A stretch of 40,000 bases of DNA, taken from the sequence record MT774390.1, one strand, 5' to 3'. Each line of letters opens with the position of its first letter. The stretch's first letter is position 1. The position numbers and the translations under genes were made by a program. Under the pieces are notes generated by a model. That model ran no database searches, was not told where the DNA came from, and saw only the letters and a program-made list of their open reading frames with translations. This DNA is from an uncultured phage cr85_1. Positions 24,926-34,764 of the stretch are shown in pieces.

Positions 24926-25552
24926 ATGGATGAACTTATGATGTATGAATACCTAAACAGAAGAGGTATGGGAGGCATGAGTGAAAGTGAATTTAGAAAT
25001 AAGTTCAGGGACTTCATGAAGAGATATAGAAGAGATTCAATGGAGCATGATGGCTTCATGTCATTAGAGGATAGAAACTATCCTAGAAGGCATGAAGATG
25101 ATGGTTTCATGGATGTGTTTGATTCTAGAAGCAATAGGTTTGGTGACAGGTTCAGAGACTCTGGCATGAGAGGAAATGACATGGACAGAATAATAAAGTA
25201 CATGAGACATTCCATGAATGATGGAGAACACTTTACTGAATCTGAAGCTATGGATTTGGTATCTGATATGTATCACACTGAGGGTGGCAGAAAGTATAGT
25301 GGAGAAAAGTTTGATATACATAAGGCAAAGGAAATTTGTGAAAGGTATAGAGGAGTGATTCCTGTGTCTGCAACTCCTACTGATGTGTATGTGGCAATCA
25401 ACTCACAGTATCATGATTATGTTGAGCTGTTTAAGAGTTGGTTTGGTGACAATGTAGACCAAAAGATAATAGAATCTGCTATTATATTCTGGTTCAAAGA
25501 TGTGGATTGCAAATCCAGAAATAAGGTAGTAAGTTACTTTAAAGAATACTGA
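24926..25552 (+). CDS. Hypothetical protein, Arg/Met/Asp-rich N-terminus
   Basis: 208-aa ORF in operon before terminator. Confidence 0.65.
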   Translation: MDELMMYEYLNRRGMGGMSESEFRNKFRDFMKRYRRDSMEHDGFMSLEDRNYPRRHEDDGFMDVFDSRSNRFGDRFRDSGMRGNDMDRIIKYMRHSMNDGEHFTESEAMDLVSDMYHTEGGRKYSGEKFDIHKAKEICERYRGVIPVSATPTDVYVAINSQYHDYVELFKSWFGDNVDQKIIESAIIFWFKDVDCKSRNKVVSYFKEY

Positions 25553-25558
25553 TAGGAC

Positions 25559-25590
25559 AAGGGCAAGGTATAATCTTGCCCTTTCTTTTT
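25559..25590 (+). terminator. Rho-independent terminator
   Basis: AAGGGCAAG / CTTGCCCTT then TCTTTTT. Confidence 0.9.
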
Positions 25591-25642
25591 GCATATATAA
25601 TAAGTATCTTATTTGTGCTTGCAAAGTAATTTATTTACTATA

Positions 25643-25674
25643 TTGTATGGGTGTAAAATTCTATATAACTTTGC
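25643..25674 (+). promoter_or_regulatory. Bacteroidetes-type promoter (P6) for capsid block
   Basis: TTG (25643-25645), 20 nt, TA-ac-TTTG-C (25666-25674); 30 nt before ATG 25704. Confidence 0.8.
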
Positions 25675-25703
25675 ATTGTTTAATTATATCATAATGGGAG
25701 ATT

Positions 25704-26885
25704 ATGGAAGAAGAATTGATTTTAGACAATATTCTAGGAGCAGAGGAAATAGAGAATCTGTTTGTAGATGATGAAGTACAGGATACTTCGCCTGAAGATG
25801 AAGTAACTCCTGACCAAGAGGATGGTAAGGAGGATAAAAAGAATAAAGAGAAAGACGAAGAAACTACTGAGGTTATTGATGTAGATAACTTGTTTACAGA
25901 TGAGCCAGAGAGCGTAGGTAGTGGAAAGGATAATACAAAAGGAAAGGAAGATACTTCCTCTAGAGAGGACAGCACTTCTCCCCAAAAAACTATCTACTCT
26001 TCCATTGCTAAAGCCTTGAAGGAGGAAGGTATCTTTCCAGACCTTGATGATGAAGTCCTCTCTAAAGTCAAGGAGCCTGAAGATTTCAGGGACTTAGTGG
26101 AACAGCAAATCAAGGCTGGTCTTGAAGAGAGACAGAAGAGGATTGATGATGCACTTAATTATGGCATTGAACCCACAGAGATAAAAAGGTATGAGAATAC
26201 CTTGAACTTCCTTGACAGTGTTAAGGAGGAAAATATCACTGATGAGAGTGATAAAGGTGAAGAGTTGAGAAAGAATCTTATCTTTCAGGACTTCATTAAT
26301 AGGGGTTACAGCAGAGAAAGAGCCACAAGAGAAGTACAGAAATCCTTTAATGCTGGTACTGATATTGAGGATGCAAAGGAAGCATTGAAGAGTAATACTG
26401 AATACTTCAAGGGTAAATATGATGACCTTATTGAGGATGCCAAGTTAGAGGCACAGAAGGAAGAAGAGAACAGGAAGGAACAGGCTAATAAACTAAAGGA
26501 GTCTATTCTCAATGAAAAGAATATATTGGGAGACTTGTCAATAGATAAGCCGACAAGACAGAAGATATATGATAACATATCCAAGCCTATATATAAAGAC
26601 CCTGAAACTGGAGAGTATTATACTGCTATTCAGAAGTATGAAAAGGATAACAGAGTAGACTTCCTGAAGTACTTGGGTCTGATTTTTACATTGACTGATG
26701 GGTTCAAGAGCCTTGATGGTCTAGTAAAAGGCAAGGTAAAGAAAGAGGTAAAGAATGGCCTGAGGGATTTGGAACATGCTATTAATAACACTGCAAGAAA
26801 CTCAGATGGTAATCTGAAGTTTGTCAGTGGAGTAGATGAAGACCCTGAATCATTCATAGGTAAAGGTTGGAAAATAGATGTCTAA
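25704..26885 (+). CDS. Scaffold-like acidic/coiled-coil protein upstream of MCP
   Basis: Acidic low-complexity N-terminus, helical body, position directly before MCP. Confidence 0.65.
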   Translation: MEEELILDNILGAEEIENLFVDDEVQDTSPEDEVTPDQEDGKEDKKNKEKDEETTEVIDVDNLFTDEPESVGSGKDNTKGKEDTSSREDSTSPQKTIYSSIAKALKEEGIFPDLDDEVLSKVKEPEDFRDLVEQQIKAGLEERQKRIDDALNYGIEPTEIKRYENTLNFLDSVKEENITDESDKGEELRKNLIFQDFINRGYSRERATREVQKSFNAGTDIEDAKEALKSNTEYFKGKYDDLIEDAKLEAQKEEENRKEQANKLKESILNEKNILGDLSIDKPTRQKIYDNISKPIYKDPETGEYYTAIQKYEKDNRVDFLKYLGLIFTLTDGFKSLDGLVKGKVKKEVKNGLRDLEHAINNTARNSDGNLKFVSGVDEDPESFIGKGWKIDV

Positions 26886-26891
26886 ACAATT

Positions 26892-27120
26892 ATGCCGAGG
26901 ATAAAAAGGTTGATACAATGGGAAGGAGACCCTAATCTCCTACCCAACAGAGAAAAAAACAAACATAGTGTATGATGAAGTCCTGTTATTGTTTGCATCC
27001 CTTTCCTATTACGATAAAGAATTGACTAAACTAAAGGATGGTACTACTTACAAGTTGAATAAGACTTGGGAGGACTTGGGACTTCAGGATTTGTATGAAG
27101 AATATTTAAAATCTAAGTAA
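26892..27120 (+). pseudogene. Small gene with apparent +1 frame change at A7
   Basis: MPRIKRLIQWEGDPNLLPNREK in frame 0, then TNIVYDEVLLLFASLSYYDKELTKLKDGTTYKLNKTWEDLGLQDLYEEYLKSK* in +1 frame after GAAAAAAAC. Confidence 0.5.
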
Positions 27121-27153
27121 AGATTATAATTTTAACTAATAAACAATTATTTT

Positions 27154-28665
27154 ATGGCTGGAAAATTAGGTAAGTTTCAGATGGTAAGCTTCCAACATTG
27201 GAAGGGTTTGACTAAAGAAAACCACCTAGGCTCTATCTATCAGTTAGCTCCTCAGAGAGCTACAAACCTAATGGTACAACTGCTAGCCTTCCATAGAGGA
27301 AAGACACTTGATTCATTCTTGAATCAGTTCCCTGTAAAGGAGTTTGAGGATGACAGTGAATATTACTGGGACGTTATTGGCTCTTCAAGAAGGAATATTC
27401 CTTTGGTAGAGGCAAGAAAAGAGGATGGAACAAAGGTTGAAGATGATGGTAGCATGATTGGAGAGGGTACTTCTCCCTTCTATCTTGTTTTCCCTGAGGA
27501 CTGGTTTGCAGATGGTGAGTACATTGTGGGTAATCTAAATGAACTGTACCAATTCAGAATTTTAGGAGACCCTAGAATGGAAGGTACCAATGCAGTTTAT
27601 AAGGTAGAACTTGCTGGAGGTAATACAGCAGGAGTTCCTGCTGAAAGGCTACTTGCAGGAGAGAGATTCTCTATTGAAGCTGCATTTGTAGAAAAGGAAC
27701 TATCAAGAAAAGTTGGTGATGTAAGATACACAAGCCCTGTTTCTATGAGAAATGAGTGGTCTGTAGTGAGAATCCAACACAAGGTTCCGGGTTCAATGCT
27801 GAACAAGAAGTTGGCTGTAGGTATTCCTATTATCAAGGAGACTGATGGTAGATATACCAAGTCAGTAGCTAAAATGTGGATGCACAATGTAGACTTTGAG
27901 GTAGAACAGCAATTCTCTGAGTACAAGAACAATGCTCTTGCCTTTGGTAGAAGCAACAGAAACTCCAATGGTGAATATATGAACATTGGTAAGTCTGGTG
28001 GTGTAATCAAGACTGGTGCTGGTCTATTTGAGCAGATGGAAGTTGCTAATACTATGTACTACAATGTATTCAGCTTGAAGCTTCTTGAGGATGCCCTATA
28101 TGAGCTTTCTGCTTCTAAATTGGACTTTGGTGATAGATACTTCCTAATCAAGACTGGTGAAAGAGGTGCTATTCAATTCCACAAGGAAGTGTTGAAGACA
28201 GTATCAGGTTGGACACAGTTTGTTCTTGATAACAACTCCATTGGTGTTGTTCAGAAGACTCAGTCTCAGTTGCATCAAAATGCTCTAAGTGCTGGTTTCC
28301 AATTTGTAGAGTATAGAGCACCTAATGGTGTAAGGGTTAAGATTGATGTAGACCCATTCTATGATGACCCTGTTAGAAATAAGATACCACACCCACAGGG
28401 TGGTGTTGCCTTCTCTTACAGATATGATATTATGTACATTGGTACTATGGACCAACCTAATATCTTCAAGTGTAAGATTAAGGGTGATAATGAATACAGA
28501 GGCTATCAGTGGGGATTAAGAAATCCATTTACAGGACAGATAGGCAATCCTTACATGTCATTTGATGAGGATGCTGCTGTAATACACAGAATGGCTACTC
28601 TTGGTATCTGTGTTCTTGACCCAACAAGAACTATGTCATTGATTCCTGCTATTTTGCAAGGATAA
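27154..28665 (+). CDS. Major capsid protein, crAss-like HK97 fold
   Basis: LGKFQMVSFQHWKGLTKENHLGSIYQLAPQRATNLMVQLLAFHRGKTLDSFLNQFP. Confidence 0.9.
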   Translation: MAGKLGKFQMVSFQHWKGLTKENHLGSIYQLAPQRATNLMVQLLAFHRGKTLDSFLNQFPVKEFEDDSEYYWDVIGSSRRNIPLVEARKEDGTKVEDDGSMIGEGTSPFYLVFPEDWFADGEYIVGNLNELYQFRILGDPRMEGTNAVYKVELAGGNTAGVPAERLLAGERFSIEAAFVEKELSRKVGDVRYTSPVSMRNEWSVVRIQHKVPGSMLNKKLAVGIPIIKETDGRYTKSVAKMWMHNVDFEVEQQFSEYKNNALAFGRSNRNSNGEYMNIGKSGGVIKTGAGLFEQMEVANTMYYNVFSLKLLEDALYELSASKLDFGDRYFLIKTGERGAIQFHKEVLKTVSGWTQFVLDNNSIGVVQKTQSQLHQNALSAGFQFVEYRAPNGVRVKIDVDPFYDDPVRNKIPHPQGGVAFSYRYDIMYIGTMDQPNIFKCKIKGDNEYRGYQWGLRNPFTGQIGNPYMSFDEDAAVIHRMATLGICVLDPTRTMSLIPAILQG

Positions 28666-28673
28666 ACTATAAA

Positions 28674-28702
28674 GGGGAGTAGGGGTAACTCCTGCTTCCC
28701 TT
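28674..28702 (+). terminator. Imperfect hairpin after MCP
   Basis: AAGGGGAGTAGG..CTCCTGCTTCCCTT imperfect inverted repeat. Confidence 0.45.
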
Positions 28703-28737
28703 AATTTATTTTTATTTCTATTAAATAAGGAGAAGAT

Positions 28738-29769
28738 ATGTCAAAGGAAAAGGAAGAAGTAGATTATGGTACACTTGGTTTTGAAGTAGATGATACAGCG
28801 CTGCCATTGAGGGAAGTGCCAAAAGAAGAGGAAAAACCTGCAAGGAGAAAACCAAAAGCCTCACAGGAAGTGAGAAATATAGAAGAGGATGGTGATGAGC
28901 AGTTGATAAGCTGTTTAAGAAATGAGAGAGTAATTGTCAGATTCATTCCCAAACTGGGAGGAATATGGGGAACTAACCCTAAACATCTTCTTGCTGGAGG
29001 TATGGCAGAAGGGTCTGTTAGAGTATTTGTAGTACCTAGGCTGTCATCAGGCATGTATGTCAATGTACTTACAGACAAGGAGAAGGCATTCTTGGAAGAT
29101 GTAATGGGCTTGGAATACAATGCTCTAAGTATCTATAAGAAGGTAGATAACTTCTGGAATGATTCTAATGAGAGTGGGATAAATAAGGTAAGACTGACAA
29201 AGCAGGATAATTACCTTAACCTGTCCAATCCGGAAGATTATATAAGATATAAAATACTCTTGGCTAACAAGGACTTTGTTGCACCATCATTGCAGGCTTT
29301 GCAAGATAGACCTAAGGCTTCATATCAGTTTGTCATCATCTCTGAGAATGATGAGACAAAGACTGCTCAGGATAATATGAGCACTACAATGAAGTGCTAT
29401 AAGGAGTTTGGAAAGATTGAGAGTGATGTGGATACTTTGAGAGTTATCATAGAGACTGTTGATGGAAGACCTACATCTCAAAATGCTAAACTAGAGTTCT
29501 TGCAGACTAAGGCTAATGAGCTTATTCAATCCAATAACAAGCTCTTCCTGAAGGTTATCACTGACCCAATGTTACCTACTAAGGTATTCATCAAGAAGAG
29601 TATAGAAGCAGGATTGATTTCAAATAGAGGAGGTTTCCTATACTTGAGAAGTGACAATACTCCACTATGTGAGGCTAATGAGGAACCTACATTGAATACA
29701 GCAGCCAAGTACCTGAACTCTCCAAAGCATCAGGAAATCAAGTTTTCCTTGGAGGCCAAGTTAAAATAA
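28738..29769 (+). CDS. Structural-region protein downstream of MCP
   Basis: 343-aa ORF, acidic N-terminus, conserved position. Confidence 0.6.
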   Translation: MSKEKEEVDYGTLGFEVDDTALPLREVPKEEEKPARRKPKASQEVRNIEEDGDEQLISCLRNERVIVRFIPKLGGIWGTNPKHLLAGGMAEGSVRVFVVPRLSSGMYVNVLTDKEKAFLEDVMGLEYNALSIYKKVDNFWNDSNESGINKVRLTKQDNYLNLSNPEDYIRYKILLANKDFVAPSLQALQDRPKASYQFVIISENDETKTAQDNMSTTMKCYKEFGKIESDVDTLRVIIETVDGRPTSQNAKLEFLQTKANELIQSNNKLFLKVITDPMLPTKVFIKKSIEAGLISNRGGFLYLRSDNTPLCEANEEPTLNTAAKYLNSPKHQEIKFSLEAKLK

Positions 29770-29785
29770 AGAAGAATATAAGATT

Positions 29786-30649
29786 ATGACACTACAGGAG
29801 TTTTCAGATGAATTTGACGTTCTCTACAATAACATATCCAGTAACCAAGCTCCGGGCCTTAATGAGTATGAAAAGTCTGTGTTTCTCACAAAAGCTCAGA
29901 ATGAGATAGTAAAGAACTACTTTACTTCTACCCAAGGAGGTAACAAGTACCAGCAAGGGTTTGATGATTCTGCCAAAAGACAAATAGATTTCTCTACTCT
30001 TCTAGTGCAAGAAGCCTGTCCCTTGATAAAGGTGGATTCCAAGAGGGGAACTGATATTTTGGAGGGTGTCACAATCCCCGGAAATATCTATGGCAGTGCT
30101 CCTGAAGCTGTATTATTCAATGCCCCTAGCTTTATTGACAAAATACTGTTAGTGGTATCAGAAAGGATAATCATTAAGGATACAGATGATAATGTAGATA
30201 AGTATTATCAGGTAGTGCCTATAAAATTAGATAGTTTGCTTAATAACCTGAGCAAGCCCTATGGAAGACCTTTAAAGAGGCAAGTGTGGAGAGTTATAGA
30301 GACTTTTGGAGACCCTAAAGGGTCTGAAGACCAGACTGTAATTCCCACAAAGTACAATGGATTCAGGTTTATATTGCATGATGCAGATGAGAAATTCCTA
30401 GGAGAATCTGGAGGTGAAAGTCCAGGGAATACCAAGGCCATTTACTTTATCACATACCTAATCAAGCCTAAGCCAATAGTATTGGAGGACTTGGTTGGTG
30501 TATCAGTAGATGGAGAATCACAGCAATCTCCATGTGTCTTGAATAGTGAACTACATCCTGAAATTCTTCAAAGGGCAGTAGAGTTAGCTAAATCTGCTTA
30601 TATGGGAGATTTGAAAAGTAGTGTTGAACTGGGACAAAGAAGTGAATAA
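29786..30649 (+). CDS. Connector/ring-like protein, copy A
   Basis: MTLQEFSDEFDVLYNNISSNQAPGLNEYEKSVFLTKAQNEIVKNYF. Confidence 0.65.
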   Translation: MTLQEFSDEFDVLYNNISSNQAPGLNEYEKSVFLTKAQNEIVKNYFTSTQGGNKYQQGFDDSAKRQIDFSTLLVQEACPLIKVDSKRGTDILEGVTIPGNIYGSAPEAVLFNAPSFIDKILLVVSERIIIKDTDDNVDKYYQVVPIKLDSLLNNLSKPYGRPLKRQVWRVIETFGDPKGSEDQTVIPTKYNGFRFILHDADEKFLGESGGESPGNTKAIYFITYLIKPKPIVLEDLVGVSVDGESQQSPCVLNSELHPEILQRAVELAKSAYMGDLKSSVELGQRSE

Positions 30650-31335
30650 TGACAACTGAGGAATTTTCTAATGAATTTGATGTTCTATTGAACAGTTACT
30701 CTTCAGGTGGAATTGAGTTCAACGAGTATGAGAAATCAATCTTTCTTACAAAAGCCCAAGAAGACCTGTTAGTGGAATTATACAATGGTAAGAACCCATT
30801 CAGGGAATCATTTGAAGAGACTGAGGAAATAAGGAGATACCTGAGCAACTTGGTAAAGACTTATACCACTACTGAAAAAATAGCAGACATTACTGGAATA
30901 TCTGATAAGTCTGTATTCTTCAAGTTACCTAGTGACTTGTGGTTTATAGTTTATGAATCAGTTGAACTGAGGGATGATAAGCTAGGCTGTAAGGATGGTA
31001 ACCAAGTACTTGTGGTACCCACTACCTTGGATGATTACTACAATACATATAACAATCCATTCAGGGGTCCGGGATACAGGAGAGTCCTGAGACTTGATAT
31101 TGATAATGGGATTGCAGAAATAGTATCAAAGTATAATATAAGCAGGTACTTAGTCAGGTACCTATCTAAACCCAACCCAATTATATTGGTAGCATTGCCT
31201 GCCCATCTAAACATAAATGGAGAAAGCAAGATAACAGAGTGTGATTTACATCCTGCATTGCATAGGGTAATACTTGATAGGGCAGTAGGACTTGCAATAG
31301 CAAGCAAGGGTTTGGATACAAACAGAACAAAATAA
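30649..31335 (+). CDS. Connector/ring-like protein, copy B
   Basis: MTTEEFSNEFDVLLNSYSSGGIEFNEYEKSIFLTKAQEDLLVELY, clearly paralogous to copy A. Confidence 0.65.
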   Translation: MTTEEFSNEFDVLLNSYSSGGIEFNEYEKSIFLTKAQEDLLVELYNGKNPFRESFEETEEIRRYLSNLVKTYTTTEKIADITGISDKSVFFKLPSDLWFIVYESVELRDDKLGCKDGNQVLVVPTTLDDYYNTYNNPFRGPGYRRVLRLDIDNGIAEIVSKYNISRYLVRYLSKPNPIILVALPAHLNINGESKITECDLHPALHRVILDRAVGLAIASKGLDTNRTK

Positions 31336-31364
31336 ACTATTGTGTAATTTAATATTAAATTAAA

Positions 31365-32420
31365 ATGGCAACATTTAGTACAAATCAGGTAAGGCAATTT
31401 TATGTAGCAACTGCATTTAAGACTTCCCATGTAATTGAGTCTGACACTGCTGGTGCTATTGCAGTATCAAATGATACTGAAAAGAAACACCTGTATTTTG
31501 AATATAAGGGAGCTGATAACAGAATGAGAAGTGACCTTATAGATATAGAAAACATTCTCTATGCAAAGGCAACTAGTGCTGATAGCATGGCTTACAAGAT
31601 GAAGTCAGCTACCATAGCATTGGATTCAAGTGTTAATGGTGGTGCTCCAGTTGCAGGTCAGGATTATATCCTAAGAATTGCATTTAAACAGTATGTGGGC
31701 ATGTCTGATGAGGACCAATACTTCAAATATGGCATGGTTCATGCTTATTCTGGCATGACTGCTGATGTGTTCTACAAGACTCTTGCTCAATCTATTGCTA
31801 AGAACTTTAGCAGGGAAATAGTTCCCTTGATTAAGATTGAGGTACATAGTGCTGCAACCAAGAGCAAGGGAGGATTTGATGCAAATGGTTATATGACAGT
31901 AACTCCTTCTACTAAGGATAATGGCAAGAGTGATAGTACTAACCCATACTATGATGGTACTTCAGCAATTGTAGCTGACATTGACAGCATCAGAATTACT
32001 GAGGTAGAACAGCCTTGGAGATTAGGTGTTATGTCTCAGACACCAGTATATTTCACTGTACAGCCAGTTGAAATAATTGTAGATGGAGATGAGAGAATTT
32101 GGGGCACTGTAGAGATGGGTACCAATGGTACAATAGGTAATGGTAAGGTTATTGCAGACTTAGAGTACTTCTGTATGGGTGAAAGAGGAGACATCTACAG
32201 AGGCATTGGCTGGCCTAACAACATTCCTACCACTTATCTGATAGACCCAAGCAAGACATATAATGTGCTTGATATACACTATGCCTATGTAGGCAGCAAT
32301 GAGTCAGTACAAAAGTCTGAAAAGACAATAACTATTGCTTGTGCAGATAAAGCAGTTCTCAATCAGATAATCAGTGCAGTGGAAACTGCTACAGGACTTA
32401 CTATTGCAGACATCTCCTAA
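31365..32420 (+). CDS. Virion structural protein (auxiliary capsid/tail-type)
   Basis: MATFSTNQVRQFYVATAFKTSHV...; position in crAss-like structural block. Confidence 0.55.
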   Translation: MATFSTNQVRQFYVATAFKTSHVIESDTAGAIAVSNDTEKKHLYFEYKGADNRMRSDLIDIENILYAKATSADSMAYKMKSATIALDSSVNGGAPVAGQDYILRIAFKQYVGMSDEDQYFKYGMVHAYSGMTADVFYKTLAQSIAKNFSREIVPLIKIEVHSAATKSKGGFDANGYMTVTPSTKDNGKSDSTNPYYDGTSAIVADIDSIRITEVEQPWRLGVMSQTPVYFTVQPVEIIVDGDERIWGTVEMGTNGTIGNGKVIADLEYFCMGERGDIYRGIGWPNNIPTTYLIDPSKTYNVLDIHYAYVGSNESVQKSEKTITIACADKAVLNQIISAVETATGLTIADIS

Positions 32421-32435
32421 AAGCGAGATACAAAT

Positions 32436-32465
32436 AAGGAGACTTTTATAGTCTCCTTTTTTTTT
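32436..32465 (+). terminator. Rho-independent terminator
   Basis: AAGGAGACT / AGTCTCCTT followed by T run. Confidence 0.9.
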
Positions 32466-32485
32466 ATTTACCTAATTTGTGTAAT

Positions 32486-33058
32486 ATGATAAGATTTGCT
32501 ACATTAAAAGTCTCAGGAGAATGCAGGCAGTTGGTAATTGATGCTTCTATAGAAGCATACTCCTTCTATGATGATGTCTGTATTGACTCAGTAGTCATAG
32601 ATACTCAGGATACCTTCATGACCTCTGGGCCATCATCAAGCAGTGTATATACAAAAAGCATTGATGGTAATTCCAAGCATGTGACATTAATCCTAGACAA
32701 GACAGATTTCAATGCAGCAGTAGATTTTGGTAAGGACTTATTCTTTGTCTATATTACTGTCAAAGGTACAATGGCACCTGATACTCCATGTGGATATGAC
32801 AGATATTATGATTTAGGAATAGCTGTCAATATGCATAACCTTTATAAGTCACTGATGGGTGGCATCAGACAGGTAGAGGAGACTTGCAATATTCCCAAGC
32901 AGCTTATAGACAAATACCTTCAACTGAAGGCTTTTACTACTTCCTTAAAGACAGGGAACTATACTTTGGCAATAAAGTATTGGAACAAGTTCTTTAGGAA
33001 CTGTGTGATAACAGATGATACAAGTACTAAATGTGAGTGTTCATTATGGATAACTTAA
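32486..33058 (+). CDS. Structural-block hypothetical protein
   Basis: MIRFATLKVSGECRQLVIDASIEAYSF; ATG 32486 preferred over TTG 32477. Confidence 0.6.
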   Translation: MIRFATLKVSGECRQLVIDASIEAYSFYDDVCIDSVVIDTQDTFMTSGPSSSSVYTKSIDGNSKHVTLILDKTDFNAAVDFGKDLFFVYITVKGTMAPDTPCGYDRYYDLGIAVNMHNLYKSLMGGIRQVEETCNIPKQLIDKYLQLKAFTTSLKTGNYTLAIKYWNKFFRNCVITDDTSTKCECSLWIT

Positions 33059-33384
33059 GTAATGTATTGGAAAGGGCATTAACTACATACTTCAATGTAC
33101 TTTCAAGTACAGGATATGTATGTTATAATGATGTCAATAAGTTACTGCTTTTGTCCTTGATAGAAGAGCTTACTAGTGGCCCAATGTCTGCCTTTATAGA
33201 TGATAAGGACTACAATAGCATGAATAATGCCCTATATTGTATATTTGGTACTTCATGCCTAATACCATATCCTCCTACTGAGGAAAGCTCTGCTGTGTAT
33301 GGTGAAGAGGAATCTATCAGAATATCTGAGGATGACATGATAAGATTCACACAAGATAACAAACCTAGAACTCCTGCTATATAA
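33037..33384 (+). CDS. Structural-block hypothetical protein
   Basis: 115-aa ORF overlapping upstream gene. Confidence 0.6.
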   Translation: MFIMDNLSNVLERALTTYFNVLSSTGYVCYNDVNKLLLLSLIEELTSGPMSAFIDDKDYNSMNNALYCIFGTSCLIPYPPTEESSAVYGEEESIRISEDDMIRFTQDNKPRTPAI

Positions 33385-33417
33385 GTTATATATTTGCTTA
33401 CTGCAAAAGATTCAATT

Positions 33418-33467
33418 AAAACTATTGCAATATTGATTATAAATATCTATATTTGCAATAGTTTTTT
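33418..33467 (+). promoter_or_regulatory. Bacteroidetes-type promoter (P7) embedded in a 13-bp inverted repeat
   Basis: TTG (33425-33427), 20 nt, TATATTTGC (33448-33456); arms AAAACTATTGCAA (33418-33430)/TTGCAATAGTTTT (33453-33465). Confidence 0.65.
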
Positions 33468-33495
33468 ATTTATTAATAAGCATGCATATATAGTT

Positions 33496-34170
33496 ATGAC
33501 ATACAGAGAATTAGTTTATTTATGTCTGGATGAGGTAAAGAGTATATCAGATGACTCTACTTTCAATGAGAATCATATTATACTTTTGGCAGATAAGTAT
33601 AGGGCATTCCTTATAAAGCAAAGATATTCTGATGTCAAGAAGCATATACCTGAAAGCAACTATCAGACTATATGTCTGGATTTGACCAAATCAGTATCTC
33701 CTTCTGGTCCATGTGGCAGAACCTATCTTATGAGTAAGGAAGGGGTACCTAATATATTAAGTGTCAGTAATACCAGAGTATACCCTATTGATTTCTATCA
33801 GGATAGTATAACCTTCATAAGCAGGGATAGGATGAGATATGTAGGATATGACAAATATCTACAGAACATAATATATTGCTCTCTTGCTCCGGATAACCAC
33901 TTGTATTTAATCTCTATGAATCCCCAATTCCTTTACCTCTCCAAGATAAAGGTAACTGCTATATTTGAAGATGCCAGCATAGCCTCTGAATTGGAATGTG
34001 GAGACAATAAGGAGTGTGATGTGCTTGATAGGAAATTTCCTATTGAGGAGAGCCTTGTTACTCCTCTTGTAAGTCTTATAGTAGGAGAAGTACTGGGTGC
34101 TAAATACAGACCTGATGATAATAAGAACAATGCTAAGGATGATTCATCTGATGTTTCAGTAAAGCAGTAA
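33496..34170 (+). CDS. Tail/connector-type structural protein
   Basis: MTYRELVYLCLDEVKSISDDSTFNENHIILLADKYRAFLIKQRYSD; track start 33394 runs across P7. Confidence 0.6.
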   Translation: MTYRELVYLCLDEVKSISDDSTFNENHIILLADKYRAFLIKQRYSDVKKHIPESNYQTICLDLTKSVSPSGPCGRTYLMSKEGVPNILSVSNTRVYPIDFYQDSITFISRDRMRYVGYDKYLQNIIYCSLAPDNHLYLISMNPQFLYLSKIKVTAIFEDASIASELECGDNKECDVLDRKFPIEESLVTPLVSLIVGEVLGAKYRPDDNKNNAKDDSSDVSVKQ

Positions 34171-34173
34171 CCT

Positions 34174-34728
34174 ATGAGTGATTGTCAGGAAGAGTATAAG
34201 AAATGGAAGGAGTTTAGGACATCAGTGTGCCACTTGAATGAACATAGAACACATAAGGTATCAGGTTCCTTGGGTGTATATGATGCCTATAAGTATATAA
34301 GGAAAAACAAGTGGTTTGACATAGGCAGGCCATTGACTGAGCATGAGTTTTACAGCATTATAAGAAGAGTCAACAACTATCTGGCTGAAGAGCTGCTTAA
34401 AGGACATGATATTAGTCTTCCTCATAGGATGGGAAGACTGGAGCTGAGAAAATATGATGCCAAAATCTACCTTAAAGATAATAAGGTTGTCACCAACTTG
34501 CCAATAGATTGGGATAAGACATTAAGGTTATGGTATGAAGACAAGGAATCTTATGATAATAGGACTTTAGTTAGAATGGAGGAGAAAGAGGTATTTAAAA
34601 TCCATTATAATAGAAGTAAGGCAGACTATAATAACCAAACCTTTTATGAGTTCAATCCCAATAGAGAATTAAGGAAAGAATTGAAGAAGAGGATAAAAGA
34701 TGGCAAGATTGATGCCTTCAAGTGTTAA
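34174..34728 (+). CDS. Structural-block protein with IHF-like beta-arm motif (putative)
   Basis: GHDISLPHRMGRLELRKY resembles a HU/IHF-type segment. Confidence 0.4.
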   Translation: MSDCQEEYKKWKEFRTSVCHLNEHRTHKVSGSLGVYDAYKYIRKNKWFDIGRPLTEHEFYSIIRRVNNYLAEELLKGHDISLPHRMGRLELRKYDAKIYLKDNKVVTNLPIDWDKTLRLWYEDKESYDNRTLVRMEEKEVFKIHYNRSKADYNNQTFYEFNPNRELRKELKKRIKDGKIDAFKC

Positions 34729-34764
34729 ACTAAAGGATTGTAGAAATTTAATTGAGATGGATAA

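Noticed and set aside
33389-33397. Additional TATATTTGC -7-like box
   Set aside because: No TTG at the required distance upstream; likely chance in AT-rich sequence.
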